Below, piece by piece: positions 12,438 to 23,819 of a DNA stretch of 64,000 nt. The stretch's first letter is position 1, and every line of letters starts with the position of its first letter. Origin of the DNA: Squalus acanthias (lineage: Eukaryota); contig CM059433.1 in assembly GCA_030390025.1 (NCBI GenBank), positions 14,820,001 through 14,884,000 on the forward strand, given 5' to 3'. The notes beneath the pieces are model-generated. The model was not told the DNA's origin. It saw only the letters and a list, made by a program, of their open reading frames with translations, and did not search any database. The position numbers and the translations under genes were made by a program.

Positions 12438-13716
12438 CCACTCATGTAAGTGGACCCTACATTAGAGGGTTTTATTTATCTAGATTGGTTACAGCATCAT
12501 TGATTGTTCCTGTAGATGCGCATTCACTTTCTATTTCCCAGAGAGTGCTTTCACTTGCCCAGATTTCTGTGTGAATTTGTAGTGTGCCCAGGTATCGAAC
12601 TTTGTTTTGGCTTACTGGTTTTATCACATGCCTTCACACGATCTTCCTGGACTTCAGGAAACAGCCGAATGACTTCAGGAGATGGCCAAATAAGGCTACA
12701 CGAGACTGTGACTTAGGCTTATACTTGCCAAACAAATTTATTAAACAGTAAAAGAATAAATGAAGCGTAGCAGCTATTGTATCAAAGATATACTGGGGCA
12801 TGTTTCCCATGGGTGAAGCAAATTTTCAACCTCTTATGTTATGGCAAAATGTTAAAAAGCCAATACCATGCTGAATCTTAGACAAAAACTTTATCATCGG
12901 GAACGTACTCACTTTGGTAGTGGGAGAATATTTCTGTGGTAGACCATCACTGTTGTGCTTAGTACCAACAGAATGTGAAAGGATTCATTCAAATTATTCT
13001 ACATTCTGCATAGTTATGAATTGATTCCGTGTTGGGCAGGGAAGATATGTTCCCAAATGACGGTACCATCTCAATGGCTTCCTCGGACCATGGCCTGATT
13101 TGAGTGATGATTGCTTTTGGTGGTGAGAGATGAGAGTGAATCCCGGAGGAGAATGAATAATTCACTTCTGAATGATAGATGGCTGGTTGAAAAAGCATAT
13201 CTGGAAATAAGTCATTTCTTTTCAGATAATAGGGGCTGAGAGAGGTCAGGGGTCATCGTATAGAAACAGCTGAAAACAGCATTCTGTAAAGATTTATGTT
13301 ATGCAGCTGACAAAAAGAATTCGAAAGGGGTTGGGAGGTGGAAATATCAAATGTCACCGGAGAGGGTTTGAAGGTTGTAAATCCTACAGCAAAGTACTCT
13401 GTCAGAAAAGGATTTGCAACAATTAATGAAGGTAAAATTTGCCCTGATCTCTTTACTGAGAGAGGAAGCTCAGCCTTTGCGGCTCCGCACCAGGCAAACA
13501 TTTCACGATGAAATGTAAAGCCGGTAAGCTGCTGGCTCTCCTGTATACAAGGTCAAAGCTGCCACCGCCATACCAATGGTTCAGAATAAAAATGGAGCAT
13601 TACATCCAAATCCAGAGACGGTGAATGAAGCATCTGTTACTTTTACAGCTCTTTCTACAAGTCGGAGGCAAGGGATGAGCTCTGTAGATTTAACAGATTT
13701 TCAGAATCTTTCCAAT

Positions 13717-13773
13717 ACCCTGGATTTTGCGGGAGGTGAGAGGCCCACCAGAGAGGGCTGCAAATTTCAGGGT
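13717..13773. mobile_element. Minimal MITE (essentially TIRs only)
   Basis: accctggattttgc ... gcaaatttcagggt, TIRs like those of 30848-30973. Confidence 0.5.
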
Positions 13774-13786
13774 GTTCGAGCAGGCT

Positions 13787-14220
13787 TGTCAGCCGTGGCT
13801 CAGCGGATAGCACTCGCTCCTCTGGGTCAGAAAGTTGTGGGTTCAAATTCTGAGACTTGAACACAAAATATGGGTTGACACTCCAGTGCAGTACTGAGGG
13901 AGTGGTGCACTGTCGGAGGTGCTGTCTTTTAAATGAGACATTTTGAATGAGGTCCCGCCTGCCCTCTCAGGTGGACGTAAAAAAATCCCATGGCACTATT
14001 CGAAGAAGAACAGGGGAGTTTTCCCTGGTGTCCTGGCCAATATTTAGACTTTAATCAACGTATCTGGCCATTATCACATTGCTGTTTGTGGGACCTTGCA
14101 AATTCCTACATCACAACAGTGACTACACTTCAAAAGTACTTAATTGGCTGTAAAGCGCTTTGGATGTTCTGAAGTCATGAAAGGTGCTATATAAATGCAA
14201 GACTTTCTTATTTTCTTTTT
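13787..14220 (+). mobile_element. Deu-domain tRNA SINE
   Basis: Head tgtcagccgtggctcag, B-box-like ggttcaaattc, Deu core, L2-like tail. Confidence 0.85.
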
Positions 14221-15559
14221 TATTGGAGAAATTTGGAAAATGAACCATCTAGCCCAAATGGGTTTGATGGATGGTGGAACTGTGGATGTGATGACATAGG
14301 AATGGTTCAATGGTAATAATCGTAGATCTTCAGTTTCAGCATGCTTGTAATTCATTGAGGGTCATAAGAAGATGTTAGGGTTTAAGGTCAACTGGTTCAA
14401 GGACCTGCTCTTAAACATACACTGCCTTACTAGGCACAGAATCTTGTGGTTACAAGTGATAGCTTTCCCATTATGATTACCTGGGTACGTTGCTGGCATT
14501 ATTTCCTCAAACAAGAAACATTACTTGCCGTTGGATGGAGACAAACATGGTTCAGAAACGTCAAGTCAAATGTTGAAAGCTGTTACACCTTAACCTTGTT
14601 CTCGAGGGTGGTGAGGAAGAAAATGGGGAGCTTAAGATCTTGTGGATGAATGTTATAACGCATCTTAAATAAGCATTCATGATCCTGGAGATATTCAGCT
14701 CAATGATTTAAGAACATGTATATATTTCTGCTTTTCTCCTAGGATGGGAAAAACCTATCCATAATATAACCTAAACTCTAAACGTCTAACATTATGATGG
14801 ATTAGAACTACTGTACAAAGGCTGGACTTCCATAGAAAAGTCTGGCATGGTGCTGGATTCCCTAAAACAGTAAAAGTTGGTTAATTTGTATTTTCTCCCT
14901 CACATGTAAAGTCTTGGGCGCAGAATGTAGTTTTACTGGCAAAAGGGAAGTGTTTTGCCCAAAAAATGATTTGACAAAATCTTCAAGGAATGGCAGACAG
15001 CAAGAATAAACACAGGTAGGTGATAGATCACCATGAGAGTAAATTAGAATTGCTTCAATCTGCTTAAAAGCAAATATTGTCATTAATATCCTTACTTACA
15101 AATTAGGGATTCACTGGTGATGGACTGTTGTGTGTTTGGGTCATTAAAAAAAGCAAATTCAGAGGTTACAATGAGAAACTACGCCTACTTATAAAAAAAA
15201 CCTCTGAAGAAAAATTGGAATGCCTTAATCCAACAGTTACAGAAAAATGGGGAAATCTGATTGTGGGAAAATTAGGAAGGAATCTATCAAGATAGGAGTG
15301 GATTAAAACTATTTCTTTTAGATTTGGGAATTCTTGAAAAGGCAAGTTTGAAACACTGAAAAGTCAGGGTAAGCTAGGGTAATAATACGTGGCAAAGAAA
15401 GCCATGAATAGCTTATTTACCTTTTTTGTTTACAACAATATGTATCAGATTTATTTCTGAAGTGCTTCACAGATGTTCAAAGAAAGGGACAGCATTAGAT
15501 AGATAGCCTTATCAGCATCAAGCACTATTGCAACAGATACACCAACAGGTTGAAGGTTT

Positions 15560-16319
15560 TGATACCAATCAACTGCAACAGGACATAGAAAGGCTAGCAG
15601 AATGGGCAGACAAGTGGCAGATAGAATTTAATAGAGAGAAGTGTGAGGTGATTCATTTTGGCAGAAGGAACAGGGAGAGGCAATATACACTTAATGACAT
15701 AGTTTTAAAGAGTGTGCAGGGACAGAGGGACCTGGGAGTTAATGTGCATAGGTCCTGAAGGTGGCAGGACATATTGAGAGAGTGGTTAGCAAAGCATTTG
15801 AGATCTTGGGCTTCATAACTAGAGGTATTGAGTACAAAAGAAGAGAGAAGATTTACCAGAATGGTTCCAGGGATGGGGGCTCTTAGCTACAAGGACAGGT
15901 TGGAGAAGCTGGATTTGTTTTCATTAGAGCAAAGGAGGTTGCGGGGTGATTTGATAGAGGTGTACAAGATTATGACGAGTTTGGATAGGCTAGACGGGGA
16001 AAGGCTGTTCCCACTAGTTGATGGTACAAGGACGAGGGGACACAGATTTAAGGTTTTGGGCAAGAGATACAGGGGGGGACGTGAGGAAAAACTTTTTTAC
16101 GCAGCGAGTGGGGAGGACTTGGAACTCGCTGCTGACGGAAGTGGTGGAAGTGGAGACACTCAATGTTTTCAAGGGGAGACTGGATAGGCACTTGAGGGAA
16201 ATAAACTTGCAGGGCTACGGGGATAGAGCAGGGAAATGGGACTGACTGGATTGCTCTACAGAGAGCCAGCACAGACTCGATGGGCCGAATGGCCTCCTTC
16301 TGTGCCGTTATGACTCTAT
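15560..16319 (+). mobile_element. CR1 3' fragment with internal deletion
   Basis: WADKWQIEFNREKCEVIHFG; RRFTRMVPG; 3' tail. Confidence 0.9.
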
Positions 16320-17092
16320 GGGGTAAAAATTGAGTCGCGCCCCATTTGGGGCATTAACCTCGCCGGGGCGCTACTTTTAGCGCCCCGAAAAAATTAGCGG
16401 CCCCGCGCCGGAACTTCAGTGGTTGCGCCCCAAGAGGGAAGCGGGGCGCCACTGGAAGCACCCCGCATCCCTCTTGGGGCGCTGCGAGGGAATATCCTGG
16501 CGCTACGTGCCGCAGCGCCAGGCGCTGCGGCACGTCGCGCCGCGGTATTGCAGGCCTTCCTCCCCTTCTTAAAGGGGAGGGACCCTGCGCAGCGCGAACC
16601 GGGGCCCAGCTGGGCCCCCAGGGATCGGGAGTGCCGGCAAAAGAGCCCGGCACTCAAGAGAAGTGCCGGGCTCTTGGAGCGCAGCCGGCACTTCACGGTG
16701 GGGGAGCTTCACGGGGGCCGGGGACAGCAACGGGGGCAGGTGCTGGCAGGCGGCCAGCAACAAAAATGGCCGCCTGCCACCTCCCCTTTAAATATCGCTG
16801 CCCCGGCCGCACGTACGCCTCCCTGAACCCGTCGGACATAGCGTCTGGCGGTAAATCAGGGGGCGCGACTGAAGATCGCGGCTGGAGCGCGAGCGGGGTG
16901 CTGCGCACGGCGATGACGTCATCGCCGGTGGCGCAGCGCCACAGGGCGCTACCGGCTAGCGCCGCCGCTAACCTCCCGCTGAATTTTTCGGGAGGCGTGG
17001 GCGGCGCTGCGCCCGGGCGTTAGCTGCTTTACGCCCCATTAGCGCCCTCTTAAGGCGCTAACGGGAGGCGCAAGCAGCTGAATTTTTCCCCC
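16320..17092. mobile_element. GC-rich Harbinger MITE inserted in a CR1 tail
   Basis: ggggtaaaaatt ... aatttttccccc termini; close copy at 60115-60875; right end matches the left end of the 61699 Harbinger. Confidence 0.85.
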
Positions 17093-18060
17093 AGAGACTC
17101 TATGAATGGGAATGGACAGGAAGTATTCCCATGTTGATGAAGAGTTTATTTATTAAAGCACATTCCTTTGGTTTGCTTTGATGTTCAGCAATAAAATAAA
17201 TACATAGCTTTACCCCGTTTTGAGACTGTAAAACAGATTTAGAAGATATACAAAGGAAGATTAATTCGGACTAAGAAAGAGAAAAAAATCAGAGAACACC
17301 CAGTAAGAGGAGCAGACTATTTCAGAAACAGAAAGAAATTTGCGCAAGAGAAGAAAACTAGAACATTAAGAGCACTTATTTCAGTTAAAAGAAACCTTTA
17401 GTTTAGTGAGGTTCTGTGATGGGAGCTCAGCTCTGCTGAATTTATTCTGTATTTCCTACATCAGTTGTGAGCAATGTAACATCAGGATTTTCCAGCTAAG
17501 CGTCCCCATCATAATGTAGCTCGGAATCAATACATATCTTCATCATTCTTACAAGATCAATCTCTGCTACGGTTTGGGGAAAACATTTTGCCGAAAGTTT
17601 ACATAATGTATAAATGCTCGAAATGACACTGTGAGGAAAGTTTCTGAAAGGATTTTCACTCCTTGGATACACAATCAAGCAAATCTCCATCTATCTATGG
17701 ATAGCAACATCTATCTATCCTTATATCCCGTGTTATTCATCTGTCACCAGTTGTCTTATTTGGCATGACACTTCCAAGGTCCCAGAATACAATTCATCTT
17801 CTATACAGCATTTAGATGTAATTACACTGCTAAACATTTCCGAACGAGATATTCATCAGCTCTTATTTAAAAAAGGAGGTGTTTAACTGCTTATGCTGCA
17901 AGTCTATTCCAAGTATCCACTGCTGTGGGGAACTTAAACCTGCTAATCTCGAGGCTCGTTACTTTTGTCCACGTGGCTGCATCTACATTAGAATATTGAA
18001 TATTATACGGAACTGCAATATGGTTCAAATAGTTTCATCGAATGTATGGCACAAACTGAC

Positions 18061-18385
18061 TGGGGTTATTTTGGTGAAAAGGTGAAAACAGGTGCTAAAT
18101 GGGTGCTGTGCTAATAAGACACACTCCCAATCAGCTGGTCGCCATTAGGAGAAGGCATTAGGTCAAGTGCTATCCACCAAAATGCCATGCAGCCTCGTCA
18201 ATGAGCGCTAGCAGGCAATTTAATTGGCAATCAGCCCCTTAACAATCCTAGCGCAGGCTTCAACTCCTTTACCAAGATGGCGCCTTGCGCTAAACGTGGG
18301 CTAAACTGGCGTTTCAGCTCATGACATCATCTTGGCCACCTCGGAGGCTCTTTAGCGACTGAAGGAGCTGTCGAAAACCGCCCCC
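18061..18385. mobile_element. Harbinger-derived MITE
   Basis: ggggttattttggt ... aaaaccgccccc; body resembles 49330-49555 (tttaccaagatgg, catcttggccacct). Confidence 0.55.
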
Positions 18386-20113
18386 ACAATGTTGCCAAAG
18401 CTCATTGCTATTGTTTGATAATGATGATCATAATACCTAAACGCTCATTGTACATAAGGCATTCTGTATGCTGCCATGATGTGGAATGTAATGACCTTCA
18501 TTTCTAGTAAGTTCTGTTCCAACAGTGATATCAGTGCAAATGGTGTAATAGTTTAGTTATGCCAGTAAAAACTTTGTAACTTCAGTTGATTAGATTTGCC
18601 CTTTAATAATTGACTGAACTGGTATTTTTAGTCAATTGCCATAAATATCTTAACATTCCAAAAAAAACCTGCATTGGAAAATACGATTCAACAATAGCGA
18701 TGCATAGATACAATTTAATGCCAAGCTTTAATTTCCAAATTAAATTAAGTCAGCGCAAAAATGACAAAAACCCAGAAAATAGCTGCCACGGAGTAATTAG
18801 AACAATTTGTACTGACCCTCTGTTGAGTTACATTGGAAATCGATCTGATTTGAGATGCAAAAAAAAAAACTACTTACTTGTTCAGAATTCTTTAACATCT
18901 GCCAAGGCTACAATGTCAATAAAATATTTGGATTCTTGCCTCATATCTGTCCTAAGAATAAGCCTCAATTTAGATGCTCTTCACAATAAGCCTTCATAAT
19001 ATGTAATACTTACTTATTAAACCATAATGAACTAGAACAGCCATGTATACATTTTAAATATCACCTTCGTGGGAGGCTTTGCAAAAGACCGAGAACTCTG
19101 TTATTTAAGTGGCTCTCAAACAAGTTGAAACGATGCATCTTCTGTTCTGCTGTCATTTATTCGCTTAACAAATGGCTGCTTGACGATGAAGGACTCAGTG
19201 CACAGTGATTGGCATCGCTGTCAACATTTTCAAGCTAAGCGAATATATATTGTTCATGTTATCATAATCTCATCATTTTCTCATTCCGCTGGCAAACGGG
19301 CTCATTTATACTTGACCTCATCACATTGCCTTCATTTGTCATTTGGTGTCATCCCAGCACAATGTATTTAGAATACATAAACTGACTTAATAGGTGCCAG
19401 CAGGAGGATTATATTTGACATTTTAACTACAACCTCATGAAGCAGTGCGACTAGTTTTAAATGATTGGCATGCAGATTAACAGGCCTTCTAAGGGACTGA
19501 AAGTAGGAATTAAAACCGCAAATTCTGTCTGTTGAAAGGTTAGTTGAAGATGCCAGTCTCTTTCTTAATGGCAAAAGGTAGAGCGTGGGATTTTATTGTG
19601 TTTGACACATCCAGTCAATATTAGTCCCTTTTTATATTGTACTGTCCAGGTGAGCCTCACACAAATTTTCTCCCTGTGTGAGTCTCAAACTTTGATAACA
19701 TGTAATAATCCAATTACCTGTGTTTTCGTATATTTTTCCCAATGATCAACTTGTCAATTTAAAAAGCATTAAACAAATAAGATGAAAGAGTTTCAAGCAA
19801 ATCAAAATAATGCATTCCGCACTGACCAAATGACATACTTTTAAAATGGATCAATAGGCTACACAGGAAAGCTTTAAGTTACTTTGCTATTATTCATCAA
19901 GCACAAGGAATCTCGAGGGGTTTCACTGTATAAACAATATAAGTGTTAATCTTTCTAACGAACCAGATCCGGCATACGAATGCCGCAAGCAATTAACAAA
20001 AGTTAATTTAAAAATCCCAGCAGCTTGATATTAGCTTTCAAGATTAGATGCAAAAGCTTCTACATGTAAAAATAAAAGAAAATGAAAATAGGCAGTGGAA
20101 GAGATTCAGTATA

Positions 20114-20384
20114 CAGGAAACTCTCGTTTAAGCAGCACCTTAAATATCCGGAATTCTCTATTAACCGGCAAAATTCAGGAGTAGGTTCAGGGAAGTTTTA
20201 CTGTATATTAGTGGCCGTGTAACCGGGGTTCCTGCACCTGTGGCCGTGTAACAGGGACTCCTGGATCTGTGGCTGTGTAACGGGGCTCTCGTACCTTGGT
20301 AGGTATACCTCTCCGTTATCCGGAATTTTTAATAAACCGGCACCATCCCGGTCCCATAGGTGCCGGATACCAAAGAGTTTCCTG
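20114..20384. mobile_element. Tc1/mariner-type MITE with three internal ~29-bp repeats
   Basis: ta|caggaaactct ... agagtttcctg TIRs; gtggccgtgtaac... units at 20211-20296. Confidence 0.6.
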
Positions 20385-20515
20385 CAGTAACTTGTCAGCA
20401 GGTTTAAAGTGTTGCCTCAATACAGTGTGACTTTATGTACATTTGTAAAATAAACTTGAGAAAAATGCATTCAAATAGTTTGGAAAATGCAAGTTAATAT
20501 GAGGCATTGACAACT

Positions 20516-20722
20516 GGGGTAAGTGTTACAAATTTGCACTCCCGGGGCCAGAACTTCAGACCCAAGGAGCCCACGTGGGGGATTGCAACACCGAAGTCAG
20601 TACGTCCCAAATGACATCCAGTCCCTTAAAGCCTCGCACTGACCTCCATGGCAGAATTCCAAATATGCATTCCTGTCGCGTGAAGCTCTACCCCAGGAGT
20701 GCAAATTTGTAAATTTTACCCC
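20516..20722. mobile_element. MITE with ~30-bp TIRs
   Basis: ggggtaagtgttacaaatttgcactcc ... ggagtgcaaatttgtaaattttacccc. Confidence 0.65.
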
Positions 20723-20860
20723 TGGTCCTACTCCCAGTGCGATTTTCTTCAAAAACGTTTGAAAATCAAAAGTTCAGCTGCTGAGTAAAATGCAGAACTT
20801 TTCCAATTGTTCACCATCTCCAGAAGGAGTCTACTTGGAGTTAAATGTGTTAATGTTTAT

Positions 20861-21480
20861 GGCCTGGAGTTTCCGCTCGATTGGGCTGTTTTTTTTTGGC
20901 AAACTTCGACCGAAAGTGACAAAGGATCGCGGCATTTTAAGCGCAATTTGCGCTCAGGGCAACTCGAGCTTCCACAATCTTTTGCGCTAGTTTTAAAAAG
21001 ATCGCGCTGGAAGCCGGCCCCGCCCACAAAACCGACCACCCCCACCACCCCAGGGTGAATTAATCGCCATTGGGAGATTCCGCTAATTGCGCTCGTTTGC
21101 GGGCCTTCGAGAAGGCTCTTAAAATTAAGCTGGTTCTTTTGGGAGCAAGAACACTAAAAGGTATGTTTTCAAAGCTTTTAAACGTGATTTTTGTTCTAAT
21201 TTAATAAGAACCCGACTAATGTACCCCAATATAACTAGAAAATAGTTTTATATATTCTTAAAAAGTGAATTTCAGTCATTTAAAATCGGGTCACTCACAG
21301 GTGGTGGATTGACACGAATTAACAGTGCTTATTTTTTGTGATAAACCTATTTTCAGCTGTTTTAATCAAACTTCACCAAGTTACCACTTTTAAATATATG
21401 AAGGAAAATCTTTTACAACAAACGTAATTTTTTTAAATAATTATGTTTTAAAACGCTGCCCGGTTGCGCTGGTTCATGGC
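20861..21480. mobile_element. Harbinger-like MITE remnant
   Basis: Starts ggcctggagtttccg; GC-rich end followed by an AT-rich core, like 32530-34311; right boundary uncertain. Confidence 0.4.
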
Positions 21481-22462
21481 AGATTTTGCGTTCGGCAATA
21501 TGCAAATGTGTGCACTAAGCCCCTGAAGTGGAAAGTGTTCCATTAGCCAGGACTAAGAGAGATTAAAGCAGGTTGCTTGCATTATCTCAGCTGGTGAATG
21601 ATGCCTCAAAGGAAAATAAGTTAGAATCAGGAAATAGGCACATTAGCTTAGCATAAGTGACAGACAATTTGCTGAAGGGATTATTAGAGGTGCAATTTAT
21701 GAACAGTTTGATAGAGCAGGGGCTATTACAGAATCTCAGCATAGCTTTTGGAAAAATAAGTCCTGTCTTACCCACTTACGAAGTTGGTAAATGAGGGAAA
21801 ACTGCTTGACAATGTTTATATAGACTTTCAAAATGTTTTTCATAAAGTACTGCACAAAAGGCTGCTAAGAAAGATTGCATAGTGAACTGTTAACTTGGTT
21901 TTTCACTGCACAGATGCTGCCTGACTGGCTGAGTGTTTCCAACATTTTGGGGGAAAAATTCGGTACCTTAGTGTCTCCCGTTAGCAGCAGCAGATGGCGC
22001 TAACAGGGCACTAGAGCATTATCGCCGGGGCGAAGCGAATCCAACACCATATGCCAAATTCCGCACTCCCCCCCGCCCCCTCACAGTACCGCCAGTAACA
22101 GTTATCGCCGGAACCCTCAACGCCAGGTGGATCGTGACATCAGCGAGTGTGCAACGCTCACTGACCGCCCGATCTGCAAAATTGATTGTTGCCACTTACC
22201 TTAGCGCCTGGAGGAAACAGCGACAGGGAGAGCTGGCGTGAAGCAGCAGGAAGCCGGCTCCAGGGACATTATTTAAAGGGATCATCAGTAATGAGTCGCA
22301 GCTGTAGGTTAGTGGAGTTTCAGTGCGTTCTTGTCAGTTTCACATTGTCCTACAGTTTTGGTCAGTAATTTCAAGGTTATTTTGTATCAGGAGTGTTGTG
22401 GGAACTAAAAAGTAGCTACATTTATTCTTAAAAAAATCAAACTGCTACACTTGGTTACATTA

Positions 22463-23637
22463 ATGGAAGCTATACTGGCAGGCGACCTCGCCCTCCAGGA
22501 TCTACGGTGGAGAGAGCGGAGGCAGTGAGAAAGACTGGAACATGTGCCCAGAGGGAGGAGGAGGGCCATCAGGGGTCTCAACAGGAGGTCTTACCCTCCA
22601 AGGGTATTCCAAGAGCACTTCTCCTACCTCCAATTAAGTGAGGAGCAGTGCATTAGAAGGCGTTGCTTCACCAAGGAGGTGGTCACAGAACTCCTGCCAC
22701 CTTTTGCAATCAGACCTCCAGCCTCAGATCAGGGCGACCACGACTCTCTCAGTGGCAGTCAAGGTGACCGTTGTCCTCAATTTCTTCACCGTAGATCATT
22801 CCAGTCTGCAACAGGAGACATAGCTAACATCTCACAGTTCGCCATCCATCACTGCATCCGGGAGGTCACAGAGGCTCTCTACAGCAGGAGAAGGGATTAT
22901 ATTTTGTTCCCCATCACCAGAGAGAAGTAGGACGAATGCACATGTGGCTTTGCCAGGATAACAGGATTCCCCATGGTGCAGGGCACCATTGGCTGCACCC
23001 ACGTGGCTTTGCGTGCACCGCATAACATTCCTGAGATCTTCAGTAACCGCAAAGGCTACCATTCACATAATGTGCAGTTGGTGTGCGACCACAGACAGCG
23101 AATCCTCAATGTGAATGCCTGTTATCCTGTCAGCAGCCACGATGCCTTCATCCGGTGTGCCAGCAGTCTTCCAGCCACCACGTCAAGCTCGCAGCTGGCT
23201 GGTCGGAGTCAAAGGCTATTCGCTCTCCACCTGGCTCATAACTCCCCTCCACATCCCCAACACTCCTGCCCAGCACTCATATAATGAGAGCCATGCCGCC
23301 ACCAGGAACATCATCGAGCAGACCATCGGCCTGCTGAAGCAACAGTTCCGCTACCTTGACCGCTCGGGAGGAGCCCTCGAGTACTGGGCTGAGCAGGTGT
23401 CCCATTCCGTCGTGGTCTGCTGCACGCTCCACAACTTGGCCTTACCACCAGGGATTGCGGGACCACCTCAGGAGGAGGAAGAGGGAGAGGAGGAGCAGGA
23501 GGAGGATGAGGAGGGAGAGGAAGATGAGGAGGACAACGAGGAGGTTGAGGAGGAGGAGGAACAGGAACGAGGGAGGAGGCAGCCACTCAATCAGCCTTCC
23601 GGAAGGGCGGTCCGTGATTGCGGTTCCAATGAATTAA
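22463..23637 (+). pseudogene. Harbinger (HARBI1-like DDE) transposase, disrupted
   Basis: RSYPPRVFQE, GTIGCTHVAL, NRKGYHSHNVQLVCD, IEQTIGLLKQQFRYL; frameshifts and stops relative to 62211-63371. Confidence 0.88.
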
Positions 23638-23819
23638 ACCCCGATCCCCGTTGCTCACCACATCCCCATCATTCCATCCATGTCGCAGGCCATATCACAG
23701 TGCACAGCTCAAATGAGACACACCACAAAAGAATTCAAACAGAATTAATAAATTTATCATCAATCAGTGAACACATATTTACAACAAAAATATTAACTAT
23801 TCACCCTTGTGCAATCCCT

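Noticed and set aside
16354..17023. Overlapping ORFs and CpG-island appearance (also 35415-36149, 38876-39451, 60189-60620)
   Set aside because: Explained by GC-rich non-coding MITEs present in several copies; not genes or host promoters
20211..20296. CRISPR-like array (also 47813-48001)
   Set aside because: Contiguous tandem units without unique spacers, eukaryotic context, no cas genes
21879..21948. Hammerhead ribozyme in Penelope-like fragments (also 57285-57412)
   Set aside because: The CTGANGA...GAAA core is truncated or absent in these copies
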